From positions 416,001 through 480,000 of the forward strand of contig CM000207.1 in assembly GCA_000002445.1 (NCBI GenBank): DNA of 64,000 nucleotides, read 5' to 3'. The notes under the pieces were generated by a model. That model had not been told where the DNA came from and made no database searches. It worked only from the letters and a program-made list of their open reading frames with translations. A program made the position numbers and the translations under genes. Position 1 is the stretch's first letter; every line of letters begins with the position of its first letter. This DNA comes from Trypanosoma brucei (taxonomy: Eukaryota). Of the stretch, positions 1 to 10,600 are shown piece after piece.

Positions 1-140
1 GCACAGACTGGTTGAAGTGCAACCGCGAGAATATATTTAACACGGCAATGAGTCATGAAGCTCATGGAAACAATGTGTGGCCCCACAACAACAGAATGCA
101 CAGCGCATTGCGATCCTTCTCCACGCACACCGCAGCAAAA

Positions 141-851
141 TCACTTGCTTTGTGGAAACGAAATATCCCAATACGATGAGGGTGTGCACTGCGTGCCACC
201 CTCGTCATCGCTCTCGTTGTGCTCATTATCCTCACCATAGAGCGTGGCATCCTCCAAATAATCCCGAGCACGCTGCCGAGCGGTTCGCATGCGATTAATC
301 GGTTTTCTTAGAGGGACGACTAACTGATCGTCAGACGGGTCTGCGGAGAGCTCCGAACAAGCAAGACGTGGAATTGCGGCTAATATATCCACCGCGGTGG
401 CAGAATTATTCTCGGGGTCCCTTTTTTGCATAACTGATCTCGATGGTGGATCCACACGACGGGGCCGTTTTAGCTTCTTTACAGAAAAAAAATCCTCCAA
501 CTCACGGCGTACAGGTGATGGCGTCGCATTCAACTGCCTCTCACCCCTCAATGCCTCTAGAGACGCAATGGGGGGTGACCCTTCTTGTGTCATTGCATTA
601 CTGGGTGGTGTTTCACAGACCATTGTGTCTTGCTTATACACGCATTGCTGATCTTCACAGACAGCTGTGATTTCCTGCTCCGGGAGCTCCTCAGGCAGCT
701 CATCACGTTCCAAGCAGTCCGCCAAATACTCCAGCAGAGCAGCACGGGCATTGAGAGCGGCCTCTTCCTCCTGCAATGCGCGGATTTGCTCCTCATGCAG
801 CTGTAGTAGTCCCGCAAGAGAAGACGTGACGCTGTCGCCGCGTGAATCCAT
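141..851 (-). CDS. Hypothetical protein with a predicted coiled-coil segment. The tracked ORF runs to 1010, but the first 53 codons look like 5' flank, so the start is placed at the internal Met (MDSRGDSV).
   Basis: The ORF is 289 aa. The ATG (cat on the plus strand at 849-851) gives MDSRGDSVTS. A purine-rich plus-strand tract (about 900-1060), i.e. polypyrimidine on the coding strand, sits immediately upstream. The heptad-like segment LLQLHEEQIRALQEEEAALNARAALLEYL supports a coiled coil. I recognise no family. Confidence 0.5.
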   Translation of the reverse strand: MDSRGDSVTSSLAGLLQLHEEQIRALQEEEAALNARAALLEYLADCLERDELPEELPEQEITAVCEDQQCVYKQDTMVCETPPSNAMTQEGSPPIASLEALRGERQLNATPSPVRRELEDFFSVKKLKRPRRVDPPSRSVMQKRDPENNSATAVDILAAIPRLACSELSADPSDDQLVVPLRKPINRMRTARQRARDYLEDATLYGEDNEHNESDDEGGTQCTPSSYWDISFPQSK

Positions 852-1109
852 CACGAACCCCCGACCCATGCATGTCGCTTTTGTAGCCTTGACGCTAAAG
901 CGTGCAAAACACTCAGTGGAAAAAAGGGAATAAATAAATAAGGAAATAGGTGAGCGCAAATGGAGGAAAATCACAGTTGCCACACGGAGAAGACCAAAAG
1001 CGCAAGACAAAAAAGGGGTAATAGGCGAAAATAACCGTGTTAGGGGCCATTAAAGAACACCCAAAAGAAAAGGTTAAATAAATGAACCGGTATCTCACAA
1101 TATGTCGCA

Positions 1110-1493
1110 TCAAACCTTCACGGCGTATATGCGCCTCGGGAATTTGTGGGCCATGCGGAGTTGGCGGCGGGTCTTACGGTTCTTCTCGTTGGCCTTCAGT
1201 GCTAGGCGACGCCGGTGTGTCAGCTTTGCACGAAGTGTTTTGGGCTTCGCCGACCGCAGCTTCTTGTCCGAATAAAACTTGCGGAGGTTTTCACGTTCGT
1301 TCTTGTTAAGCACCGTCATTATGCGGGCAATGCCTTTGCGAATGGTGCGAATGCGACCAAGACGAGCAGCACCAACGTTCATCTGCTGAGAGACACGAAG
1401 TTGCGACAACTCCTTCTTGAATTCAGAAAGCTGCTTCAGCAGGTCATCCTTCCCCTTTTCCTTCAGGTCACGGATTTTGACGATGTGCGACAT
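1110..1493 (-). CDS. RPL35: 60S ribosomal protein L35 (uL29 family), copy 1. The 127-aa protein starts at MSHIVKIRDL, inside the longer tracked ORF.
   Basis: The translation MSHIVKIRDLKEKGKDDLLKQLSEFKKELSQLRVSQQ...IARIMTVLNKNERENLRKFYSDKKL...RRIYAVKV aligns by eye with eukaryotic RPL35. Shared features include the LLKQL..ELSQLRV and ENLRKFY motifs and the C-terminal YAVK. The ATG is at 1491-1493 on the reverse strand. Confidence 0.9.
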   Translation of the reverse strand: MSHIVKIRDLKEKGKDDLLKQLSEFKKELSQLRVSQQMNVGAARLGRIRTIRKGIARIMTVLNKNERENLRKFYSDKKLRSAKPKTLRAKLTHRRRLALKANEKNRKTRRQLRMAHKFPRRIYAVKV

Positions 1494-1787
1494 GGTTTGT
1501 GCACCTACTCCACACCAAATCGAAAACAATGTAAAGAAAGAACAAGATAGAGAGACAAAAAGAGCGAATTATTAACTAGCACGGCCACTACATCAAACGC
1601 ACAGGTAACAATGCCCGACGCGGGTAGGGGAATGGGGGGCAATCAGCGACGTCACTGGACATCGAGATGTTACGTATGCAAATTGGCAGAAGCAATCACT
1701 AAAGGGAACTTAAAAATAAAAGAAACGAAAAGGAAGAGCGGCTGCGCGGACTACCGTACACTAAACAGTATGTCACAATATGTCGCA

Positions 1788-2171
1788 TCAAACCTTCACG
1801 GCGTATATGCGCCTCGGGAATTTGTGGGCCATGCGGAGTTGGCGGCGGGTCTTACGGTTCTTCTCGTTGGCCTTCAGTGCTAGGCGACGCCGGTGTGTCA
1901 GCTTTGCACGAAGTGTTTTGGGCTTCGCCGACCGCAGCTTCTTGTCCGAATAAAACTTGCGGAGGTTTTCACGTTCGTTCTTGTTAAGCACCGTCATTAT
2001 GCGGGCAATGCCTTTGCGAATGGTGCGAATGCGACCAAGACGAGCAGCACCAACGTTCATCTGCTGAGAGACACGAAGTTGCGACAACTCCTTCTTGAAT
2101 TCAGAAAGCTGCTTCAGCAGGTCATCCTTCCCCTTTTCCTTCAGGTCACGGATTTTGACGATGTGCGACAT
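1788..2171 (-). CDS. RPL35: 60S ribosomal protein L35 (uL29 family), copy 2, with the same 127-aa protein as copy 1.
   Basis: Its 127-aa translation is identical to copy 1. The ATG is at 2169-2171 on the reverse strand. The DNA appears identical to copy 1 across the CDS. Confidence 0.9.
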   Translation of the reverse strand: MSHIVKIRDLKEKGKDDLLKQLSEFKKELSQLRVSQQMNVGAARLGRIRTIRKGIARIMTVLNKNERENLRKFYSDKKLRSAKPKTLRAKLTHRRRLALKANEKNRKTRRQLRMAHKFPRRIYAVKV

Positions 2172-2600
2172 GGTTTGTGCACCTACTCCACTACAACCTT
2201 TACGGAGAAGTAGAAACGCGACATCGCAGTTTGAAATTGGGAAGAGACTGACAGCACTGCGTACAGAAGACAAGAACAGTGTAGGATCGTTCTCCAAATA
2301 CCTAATATAAGTGCTGATAGTGTGAACGAATTAGCGTAGTGGTAAATACGAAACAACGGTGTGAGGAGAACAAAGTGGCTCGCAGTGAAACGAACATCAA
2401 ACATGATAAATTGCTCCACAACTCAACTGTCTTTATAACGTGCCAGACCTGTACTCTCCTTCCACGCACCCCACCGTTCCTTTTTAAGTTTCTTTTTCTT
2501 CCTCACTCTTTGTGGCTCCATGATCTAACAATTTTTTTTCATTTACATAGAAGTGGTAAGTGGTAGATGAGCGGGCAAATATACAGAAAAACACATGAAC

Positions 2601-4310
2601 CTACAGATACGTAATACCTGGCGTTATGTCTACAGGAATCACGCGGTCCATTTGAACCGCAAAGGCGGCGGGGCCCGGCGCAATCGCCATAGCCAGTACC
2701 GGTTCATCGCCAATGACTTTGTAGCTTGTAAAGCTTAGCCGAAAAAACTTATCACGCGGCGTGTCATATGTGGCGGTTGAGACGCTTTTCATAGCCTCAC
2801 TTCGTTTCTCTACTGCCTCACGTAAATCGGCCAGCTCAGCATTGCGCTCCTTCTCCCTCTCCTGGGTAAACTCAGATAGTTCCTTCTTCTGCTGTTCATC
2901 TAGAAGTTCAAGAGGGTCATCTTCTTCACTCTGCTCCTCCTCATCTTCAAGCTCCTCCTCCTCCTCAGCAAACTCATCGTCCCCTTCCTCCATCTCATCT
3001 TCTTCTTCGTCTTCCTCATCTTCCTCAGCGGCTCGGGCCTTCCGCTCCGCACGAGCTGCGGCGCGCGCTGCAGCGCGCTCCTTTCTCTCTTCAGCCCTCT
3101 TCGCAGCCCGTGCCTTCCTAGCAGCCTTCACCAACTCCTTCTTCTTTTGGGCAACGGCCTTCCGACAGCGACGAAAAATCACCCGTTTGGCAATAAGGAG
3201 CGTTTGACGCATCTCACGAGTATCCATCCGTACGCACGACGAGTTTCGCGAAAGAAATTGGAGCACCGTCTTTGACAGTGCGCGCACATCTATACCCAAA
3301 ACGTATCCCTCCGAGGCGCCCACGAAGCAAAAAGCAGCCTCCTCACGTCTGGCAGCCACGGTGTGTGGCGTTATTGGAATTTCAACGGTACCAACAGCGT
3401 CGACCCTCTGGATAGGGGGTTCAGGTCGCCCCTTTAGAGCAGACTTCAACGAGGATTTATTACCTTCAGCCGCCTGGGAGTTAGAAACACTAAGCGACCC
3501 GCTCCTTACCAGTCCGTCAGTTTGGGGAGCTACGTTCTCCGAATGTGACAACGCACCTTCCGCCAGTTCTCCCTGGCTTTCAAGGTCATTCTCATCTTCA
3601 TCTGCACCTGGTTCTTTAAAGGATACAGTCGCTTGACGATTCAGGATGCCTGATATGTACAAGGCCTCATTTTGATCCATCTCACTAGGATCTGGTAGCC
3701 GCCATATTTTCATTGTGAGATCACGGCTGAAGGAAAAGAGTAGCTGCCCCTCCGCTACAACACGCAGGCACTTGACGTGATTAGTGTGGCCAATAAGCAC
3801 CCGAACAGTTTTCCCCGTTCTGCCGTCCCACACGCGTATTTGATTATCGTATCCACCAGTAACAATAATCTGTGCCTCCTCTGAGGCACATGCGATGCAG
3901 GAAAGAACATCTTTGTGACCCGGCAACGCAGAACGCCGTTCCCCTGATATCACTTGCAGGCATCCATTGTCATCGCCAGCGTAGAGGCGGTCACCGCACA
4001 TCGCAAGACAGCGCAAAGGAACAACAATTTTAATTAACTTTAAGCACCGTTGTGGTGTCTCTTGCTCGGGGTCAACTGACCACTGTCGAATGTTGCCGTC
4101 CATAGCACAAGTAAACACCTGATCCAACGCCGGGGCCACAATTGCAGTGACAGTTTTAGTATGGCCGTAGAATGTCACGATAGGTGTTCCCCCACGCGTG
4201 ATATCCGACAGTTTGTAATAGTCAACCGTGCCATCCTCTCTACCAACGAATAGTGGCACGGGATCCTCCTCGGGAATAGTACAAAGAGCTGTGACTGTGC
4301 GTTTAGCCAT
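2601..4310 (-). CDS. WD40-repeat protein with a central hyper-charged segment (a basic K/R/A stretch followed by a long D/E run).
   Basis: The ORF is 569 aa. The N-terminal half shows WD40-type signatures (IRVWDGRTGKTVRVLIGHTNHVKCLRV, TMKIWRL, GHTKTVTAI...FTCAMDGNIRQW). The charged segment is KKKELVKAARKARAAKRAEERKERAAARAAARAERKARAAEEDEEDEEEDEMEEGDDEFAEEEEELEDEEEQSEEDD. Confidence 0.7.
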   Translation of the reverse strand: MAKRTVTALCTIPEEDPVPLFVGREDGTVDYYKLSDITRGGTPIVTFYGHTKTVTAIVAPALDQVFTCAMDGNIRQWSVDPEQETPQRCLKLIKIVVPLRCLAMCGDRLYAGDDNGCLQVISGERRSALPGHKDVLSCIACASEEAQIIVTGGYDNQIRVWDGRTGKTVRVLIGHTNHVKCLRVVAEGQLLFSFSRDLTMKIWRLPDPSEMDQNEALYISGILNRQATVSFKEPGADEDENDLESQGELAEGALSHSENVAPQTDGLVRSGSLSVSNSQAAEGNKSSLKSALKGRPEPPIQRVDAVGTVEIPITPHTVAARREEAAFCFVGASEGYVLGIDVRALSKTVLQFLSRNSSCVRMDTREMRQTLLIAKRVIFRRCRKAVAQKKKELVKAARKARAAKRAEERKERAAARAAARAERKARAAEEDEEDEEEDEMEEGDDEFAEEEEELEDEEEQSEEDDPLELLDEQQKKELSEFTQEREKERNAELADLREAVEKRSEAMKSVSTATYDTPRDKFFRLSFTSYKVIGDEPVLAMAIAPGPAAFAVQMDRVIPVDITPGITYL

Positions 4311-5156
4311 AAGCGAGTTTCACTCAAAATAAAAAGGGAAACAAATCACCTCGACAAAGGTGACTCTAATTGCTTGCTGCTACAGCGGTCGTCACAACTT
4401 TCCCCTTCCCCTTTCTGCCCGATGTTCGCTGAGCCTGTTTTTCTGTAAACAAATGCAACAACAGAAAACCTGGCTTTGCCGCAGTCCTCACAAACTAAGC
4501 ACGCCAGTCTGTACGGTTTAATGCTTTTCCTATTGGCACTTGTGTAGGAGCTGGACCCACTTTCCCAAACAGCGAGAAAACATAACAAAGGGGGAGCATT
4601 AACAAGTATTTTGTTAGCGTCAAATTCATTCTCTGTGTAGCAGCCTCTGCAAAATTATGATAAGAAGAAATGGAAACACAGTTTCGGGTAAGAACCGGCA
4701 CGAGGCGTTTGTTGTGTCAACCATCATCCACACCTTTTCACGCAAAAGCAGGTCCGCCAAAAAGGCATGTACCTTAGGTTGGCGTCGTCAACGTGCGAAA
4801 ACGGATGTTAACGCCAACATGAATCCCATGCCAACAACAAAAAAAAAAAGGGACAACCAAAAGCAACCGCAACAAGCACGTACCAAATGCGTTAAACATC
4901 AATTAGAAGGGTGAATCAGTCATATATCTCTTTTTTTTCTTTCCCCCGCACCCAAAGCCACTGTGCTCCTACTGGCAGAGCAGCAAAAAGAGACCAACAA
5001 GAAGGAGCGGTATGCAAAGTACCTTGATCACAGAGAATATGTTTGCTCCGCTGGCACATCCCTCCTTGCTTTTGGTCGCTGCAGTTGCTCTCTCTCTTTC
5101 AAAAGAAATGGTACAGCGGAAAACTGAACTAAACTAAAAGAACGCTGAGGAGAGGT

Positions 5157-5804
5157 TCAACATTTGTTAACCCTTTCGGTCGGTCGTAGGGGCTTCGCGA
5201 GTCGCGCCAGATACCCCAAATCCGGAGGCCGCTCTTTACTTGTAGACTTAACATTTCCACCGGAAACAAGGAGAAGCTTTCCATCGTTGTATTTCGCACG
5301 TGATGACGGCGTGCGCCACCCCGACTCAAGTGACCGATGTATGTCGCGTTGTCTTAACATCCTCCTTCCGCGCCTTGTTTCAGCGAGGACCTCGTCGGAT
5401 AATACCACTTGTCGTTGCCGGGCTTCTTTCTTTCGCTCTGTCATGTTTTGCATTTGTTGTTCATACATGCGCTTTACCAGTGACCTGAGCTCTTCACTGC
5501 TAAGACGTTTTGGGGGAACTGGTTTGTATACGTCCCATGCTAACTTCGTCATGTTTTTCTGCCGCCGAAGCATCTCCTGGTAAACCATCCTATTGGCGTG
5601 TTCTTCTATTTGCTGCCTTGAACGTATTGGTGCTGCAGGACACGTGTGTTTTTGGTGGGCGGACTCTGCACGGCGCAGAGCGTCCATGTGTCGCTGAATA
5701 CTAACCGTATGCAACCGATGAACAGAGTCCCGCAGCATCTGAGCTGAGGCGTAGTACTCCACGAAGCGGGCTGCTTCATAATTTCCGGTGTACGGGTTAG
5801 GCAT
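5157..5804 (-). CDS. Hypothetical protein of 215 aa with the start reassigned to MPNPYTGNYEAARFVEYY; the upstream 25 codons of the tracked ORF are probably 5' flank.
   Basis: The ATG is at 5802-5804 on the reverse strand. The protein is charged and helical (many R/Q/E residues). No family-level motif is recognised. The call rests on ORF length and position in the unidirectional gene array. Confidence 0.45.
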   Translation of the reverse strand: MPNPYTGNYEAARFVEYYASAQMLRDSVHRLHTVSIQRHMDALRRAESAHQKHTCPAAPIRSRQQIEEHANRMVYQEMLRRQKNMTKLAWDVYKPVPPKRLSSEELRSLVKRMYEQQMQNMTERKKEARQRQVVLSDEVLAETRRGRRMLRQRDIHRSLESGWRTPSSRAKYNDGKLLLVSGGNVKSTSKERPPDLGYLARLAKPLRPTERVNKC

Positions 5805-6767
5805 CGCTTCCCTCACGGGAATAAGGCAAACACGTGAGCTCGGCTCTATCGTAAAAAGAAAAAAGTTGCAAATCCACAATTAAAAAAAAAAAAATAGGGG
5901 CGCACAAAAGTTCTAAAACTTATGATTTCTATCGGTATTGGCCGTATGAGAATTTCTTTCCTCACACCTTTCCCTCCCGCAAGTACCTGTATGGAATATA
6001 TCTATACGTGGAAAGGCAACGACGCCTTATCTCACAGCCAGACGCAATCTTTTGTGCCTACACAGCCCTCCCTAAGCTATCTAACCCCCTAGCTTCAACC
6101 AATAACACGCTTCAGTCCGAAGGCGCAAGACGTTGTCTTTAAGTACATAAACCAACCGATAGCAGAGAGGCAAAAGATTAAGAGATATAATGCAGATGCA
6201 CAACAATATGTCAGTAACCCCCAAAAGGGATAAAGCACAGAGTTATGCGGAAAGTAGTAAAAACGCCGATGTAATCCCAGTCGTGTAGGAACGCTTATCC
6301 GATATCTTTCTCCGTGAGGGTGTTCCTACAAGCTCCTTCATTCCATAATCTAGTGTAGGCCACATGCAAAGCGTCCATCTAGTCACTCGGATACGTGGCT
6401 ACTAAAAATTAAAGAAAACGTTTTGACACATATCCCCTGCGAAAAGATGGAAACAAAAAAAGAGCGTCGCCGCTACACAGTCACCATCGTACTAATTATA
6501 ACAAAAATTATTCAAATCGCTAATACCCTACGAAAACAAAACAAAAAGCCTCTCCACAGCAAACGGTGAGACACACTTCCACATTCACTTTCTCACGTAG
6601 CGTCCCGCTCCATCCCACCTTTCAGATGTTGTGCCTCAAGTAACTAGTAAAGAATATGAGAAAAGAGACGACACAAAAAATAAGGGAAAGTTGATGGTGA
6701 CGGACACAGCCGGTTCCCACCATTCCCACCGCGTACCAGCAGACCACCACCAAAATAATCACCACAT

Positions 6768-7361
6768 TTACCGCATCTTCGGAAAAAAACAAGACATCAC
6801 CATGCGCCCGATGCCCCATAATTCCATCAAACGTAGAAATCCTACCCTCATGGGCGCGATACACTCAAGATAATTCGATAGCAGCACTGGATCGAACTCG
6901 GCCGTTTCAAGCATCGGCATCGTTGGTGTCGTGGACTGCACCAACGGTATCACTGACCGGGTTGCCGTTGCCATTGCGGGTAGCAGTGGCACTAAGCTTG
7001 GTAACCTCCTCCGGGCCTGCGCTTGAGAACAGATGCGAAGTTTGGTGTACATTGCTAACGGAATAGCCGCGCTCCCAAAAATGCGTCGACTGTGCATATA
7101 TATTGGTCTTAATGAAAACGGCCCTGTAAATCTATACGGCTTTGCGTCTGGATGCAAAAGTTTCTCCAAAGGAGGAAGATGAGATAAAGCGACGAGATAG
7201 ATCCAACTTCCCTCCCAGCTTTGTTTCGCGCCTTCGCGTGGTCCTCTTACTCCTTTCTCCGTCCGTGCGCGTCCTTGCCGCGACTGATGAGCCTTCTGTA
7301 ATCTAGGGGCACTGCTGTTGGTGGCACCTTCCTCAGCAACAACAGTAAAAGAAGATGGCAC
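6768..7361 (-). CDS. Doubtful 197-aa ORF on the gene-array strand in an otherwise gene-free 1.8-kb gap. It could be a short hypothetical protein or a chance ORF.
   Basis: The only support is ORF length and strand. It has no recognisable domain and its composition is unremarkable. Confidence 0.2.
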   Translation of the reverse strand: MPSSFTVVAEEGATNSSAPRLQKAHQSRQGRARTEKGVRGPREGAKQSWEGSWIYLVALSHLPPLEKLLHPDAKPYRFTGPFSLRPIYMHSRRIFGSAAIPLAMYTKLRICSQAQARRRLPSLVPLLPAMATATRSVIPLVQSTTPTMPMLETAEFDPVLLSNYLECIAPMRVGFLRLMELWGIGRMVMSCFFPKMR

Positions 7362-7684
7362 GAAAGAAGTTTAATAGGGGAAATGTTAAATTAACAGAAA
7401 AGAAATAACCACCACCCCCCCAATAGAGGAAAATTAACTCCCGCCGGTAGTGGGGGATATACTTTCGTTGTTGAACCCCATCAGATAGCTGCCCTGATAG
7501 CTACAGAAATGATCTTTAAAAGCGTCAAGAAGAACCTTGGACGCACTCTTCCAACACGCCAGTACAAACAGTCACCAGCCCTTTCAACCAAGGGCGCAAA
7601 CATGGAGTAATAATCAAGCAACAAAGAGAAATAAAGGGAATTCGCCTTGTGGTTAAGCAGGACGGGCACGTTACACTAGTGCCA

Positions 7685-10600
7685 TCATCCCATCAAACCA
7701 AGAAGCAACTCACGCACTTCGGTGATGCGCACGCGCTCGCCAATGGCACAGTTCAACTCACGGCGGAGAGTATCAACGCGGACGTCGACATCCTCAAGGA
7801 TAGAACGCTGCAAGTCTACCATCTTTTCATCGATTACCTCTTGGTCTTCCTTTCGTGCGAGTAGCGCAACAAATGATGCCCAAAGGCTCTCGAACCGGCT
7901 GTCAAGCTGGGACTTTGTATACAAAGCGCAAAGGTCATTCCTCTGCGCTAGCAACCCTTGTTGAACCTCGGAAACGGCAGCCTCCGCAGTCACTAAGCGC
8001 TCCACAACGGTGCCTAAGGTGGTATTGCCATCTTTCGCTAATGGAGTGTCGGTTATTACTGGTGTCGTCTCCTCTTCCACTGCGTGGTGGACAGCACCGG
8101 TCTTTAAGTGTTTTTCTATATATTTTATCTGCTCGTGGCAGAGAGAAAGACTCACTTTTGTCTCCATAAAGCCGTCCGAACAAGCGGTGAGAGCCCGTTC
8201 TAATGACAATATGCGGTCCAAAACTGTATCACCAACTGGCTGAGAAGCAATGATTGTTCCACCACCACGTAACTCTGTTACCTCGTTCTCTACCCTCTGC
8301 AGGCGCCCCCCAAGCGTAACTAGTTGATCTGACACACCGTCTGCCGTTGGCAAAGAAGGGGGGGCCGACAGCTTAGTGTCAATATCGTCCACAGCTGTTG
8401 CTAACATCCCTAGACAACTTCTCATAAAATCTAACGCATCGTTCAAATGCACTGATACAAGCGTATGCACTGCCCCTAGATTCTCCTCTGCACAATCAAT
8501 CCGCTGCTCCAGTGACAAAAGTGAAGACTGATGAACAGAACAATCTCCTTCGGGACGCGGTTCAAGCTGAGTGCTGTTCTCCACTGACCTCCGAGTTTCT
8601 TCGAATTGTGCTGTTAAACCCAGCCAGCTGCTGCGCAGCCGAGACAATTCCTCCTCGCAAATAACCAACCTTCCTTCAATAGGTGCAAACTTATCAAGTA
8701 CTGCATTCCTTTCATGTTTATGTTTCTCTAGGAACGTGGAGAACGCAGCCACGCTCGCCGAAACGTCACTCCACTCCTCAGATGCCTTCCTTATGCAACC
8801 CAAAAAAGCCTTCTCAAGCTTCTTCGTCTCAGTATGCAAAGTCTCAACGGACGCACCCAATTTTAATATGTCGGATGCGTTCATATCACTAGACTTTTTG
8901 TTTAGTGACGTAATACCTTCCAGTGTGTTAAGTTTTTCTTCTAACATGCAGAAACGGGACCGAAGCTTCTCATGTTCGTCTCGAAGATCAGAAGAGTCCC
9001 GGCGCAACTTCTCCTCATTTGCACAGACTCTATCCAACACACTCGCTACACTCTGCGACATTAACTTCATGTTGCTTTCGAATCCGTTTAAAACGGTTTG
9101 AATAGATCCGAACCTCGAATCGGTAGCCCAAGCCTGCTCCTGAACACACAAAAGGGTGTGGGGTGGTTGCGCATTATAAGGACGTGCATCAGCGCCTTTT
9201 CCCTCATCGACACACCCATACGGACTGCTCGGTTCCTTGAAGGGGTATGCAGATGTACTTTGCGCTCCCAGTGTCACTGTTTGCTCACGCAGAAAAGCGG
9301 AGTTGGACAAGGCCGCTGATAGCTTTTTGTCCATGGAAGTAACAAAGCGATAATATGAATTAGTGTGCTCCTCCACAACATTTTCACAACTGACAAGTAA
9401 CCGAAACATCTCTTTTAACTGTGCCTCGTGCTGAACCAATTTGGTCTGATTCCCATGAACTAGCAATTTTAACTCACAAATCTGGTTTTCGGTTAGGGCC
9501 ATAACCATCTCCCTGAGATGTTGAACCGCACTGCAGTTCGCCTTACCAGTGGCGGAGCCGACATGCACTGAATCATCCATTGAAGGCATAGCTGCCAGAC
9601 TGCCGTAAACACCTACGATATTTTTGAAGGCATTTACTTCGTCGCGGAGGTTCGTAATACTGCTGTCATGACTACCGACTTTCTCTATTACGGAACGTAA
9701 CCTTTCATCCATGTACCTATTACGGTTAACATCACTCAAGACGCTACCGAATTTATTGTTCAGGTTCTCGAGTTCATGTCTCACGTCACCGACATCATCC
9801 CTCGCTTTCATCTGTTGTTCTGATATCAAACTACACAAATCTTGATATTTTCTTTCGAGCGCGGCTCGTTCGTGCCTCATCGATTCCTCTAGTAGATTCT
9901 CAACCTCTCCTCGAATGTACCCCTTCGAAATTACGAGCTCCAGTGCATCAAGCCTTCGGAAGGCATCTTCAATCTTCGCCTTGGCCCCACTGGGCGCGCC
10001 AAAGTGATTTAATTGCCTAGTCACCTCACCAGTTGCGCGACGCATTTCATCCACTTTTATATTTAGTTGATCAGTTTCCTTTGTGACTTCATCGAACTTT
10101 TGGTTGATTGCATCTCTTAGTTCCACAGCCATCACATCATGCGCACCTCTTATTTCTTGAATAATGCTCGCTAGGGAGCGCTGCGCCAGTGTGCTTTGAC
10201 TGGGCGGTGTAGAAAGCTTTCCAGTTAAAGCTTGGAGCCTTCTTAGGGCGGTGAATATAGTTTCAAAACGATCATCAGTAGATATCCCGCTGTCCCTAAC
10301 CAGGGAAACCATGGTATCGAGTCTGTCGTTAAGCGCCGAGACGTTTTTGTCGTGCATGGAAACCACTGCACTAACTTTGGTATTATCTTCATTAACTGCA
10401 TCCAACAGTTTCCTGTGGTCCTGTAACTGAGCCTTGATGGCGTTGATTTCCCCAAATACCGAATTCTCAAGCTGGCGCAACGCGGCGTTTACACATTGTA
10501 TATCTTCTCTGTATTTTGATGATAGGTCAAGTTGTTTTCTGGATACAAGGGCAATTTCTTCCCTTAGTTGGTTGATATCTCTACTTACACTAGAACTATC

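Larger units (their letters stand above)
1088..2193. repeat. Direct tandem duplication of a unit about 428 bp long (about 1088-1515 and 1766-2193, spaced 678 bp apart). Each unit carries one RPL35 CDS plus about 20 bp on either side.
   Basis: By eye the sequence is identical across both CDS copies and short flanks (for example ggtttgtgcacctactcca upstream of both ATGs and aatatgtcgcatcaaaccttcacggcgtatatgcgcc downstream of both stops). Identity breaks down within about 25 bp outside the CDS. Confidence 0.85.

Noticed and set aside
1215-2213. Two 106-111-aa plus-strand ORFs (1215-1550 and 1893-2213)
   Set aside because: They are antisense to the two RPL35 copies, which have strong homology support. 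They are duplicated only because the locus is duplicated.
2761-3207. 148-aa plus-strand poly-Ser ORF
   Set aside because: It is antisense to the GAA/GAG-rich acidic stretch of the WD40 gene and is a low-complexity artefact.
4346-4701. Minus-strand ORFs of 68-80 aa between the WD40 gene and the next gene
   Set aside because: They are short, overlapping, lack motifs, and sit in the expected UTR/intergenic space.
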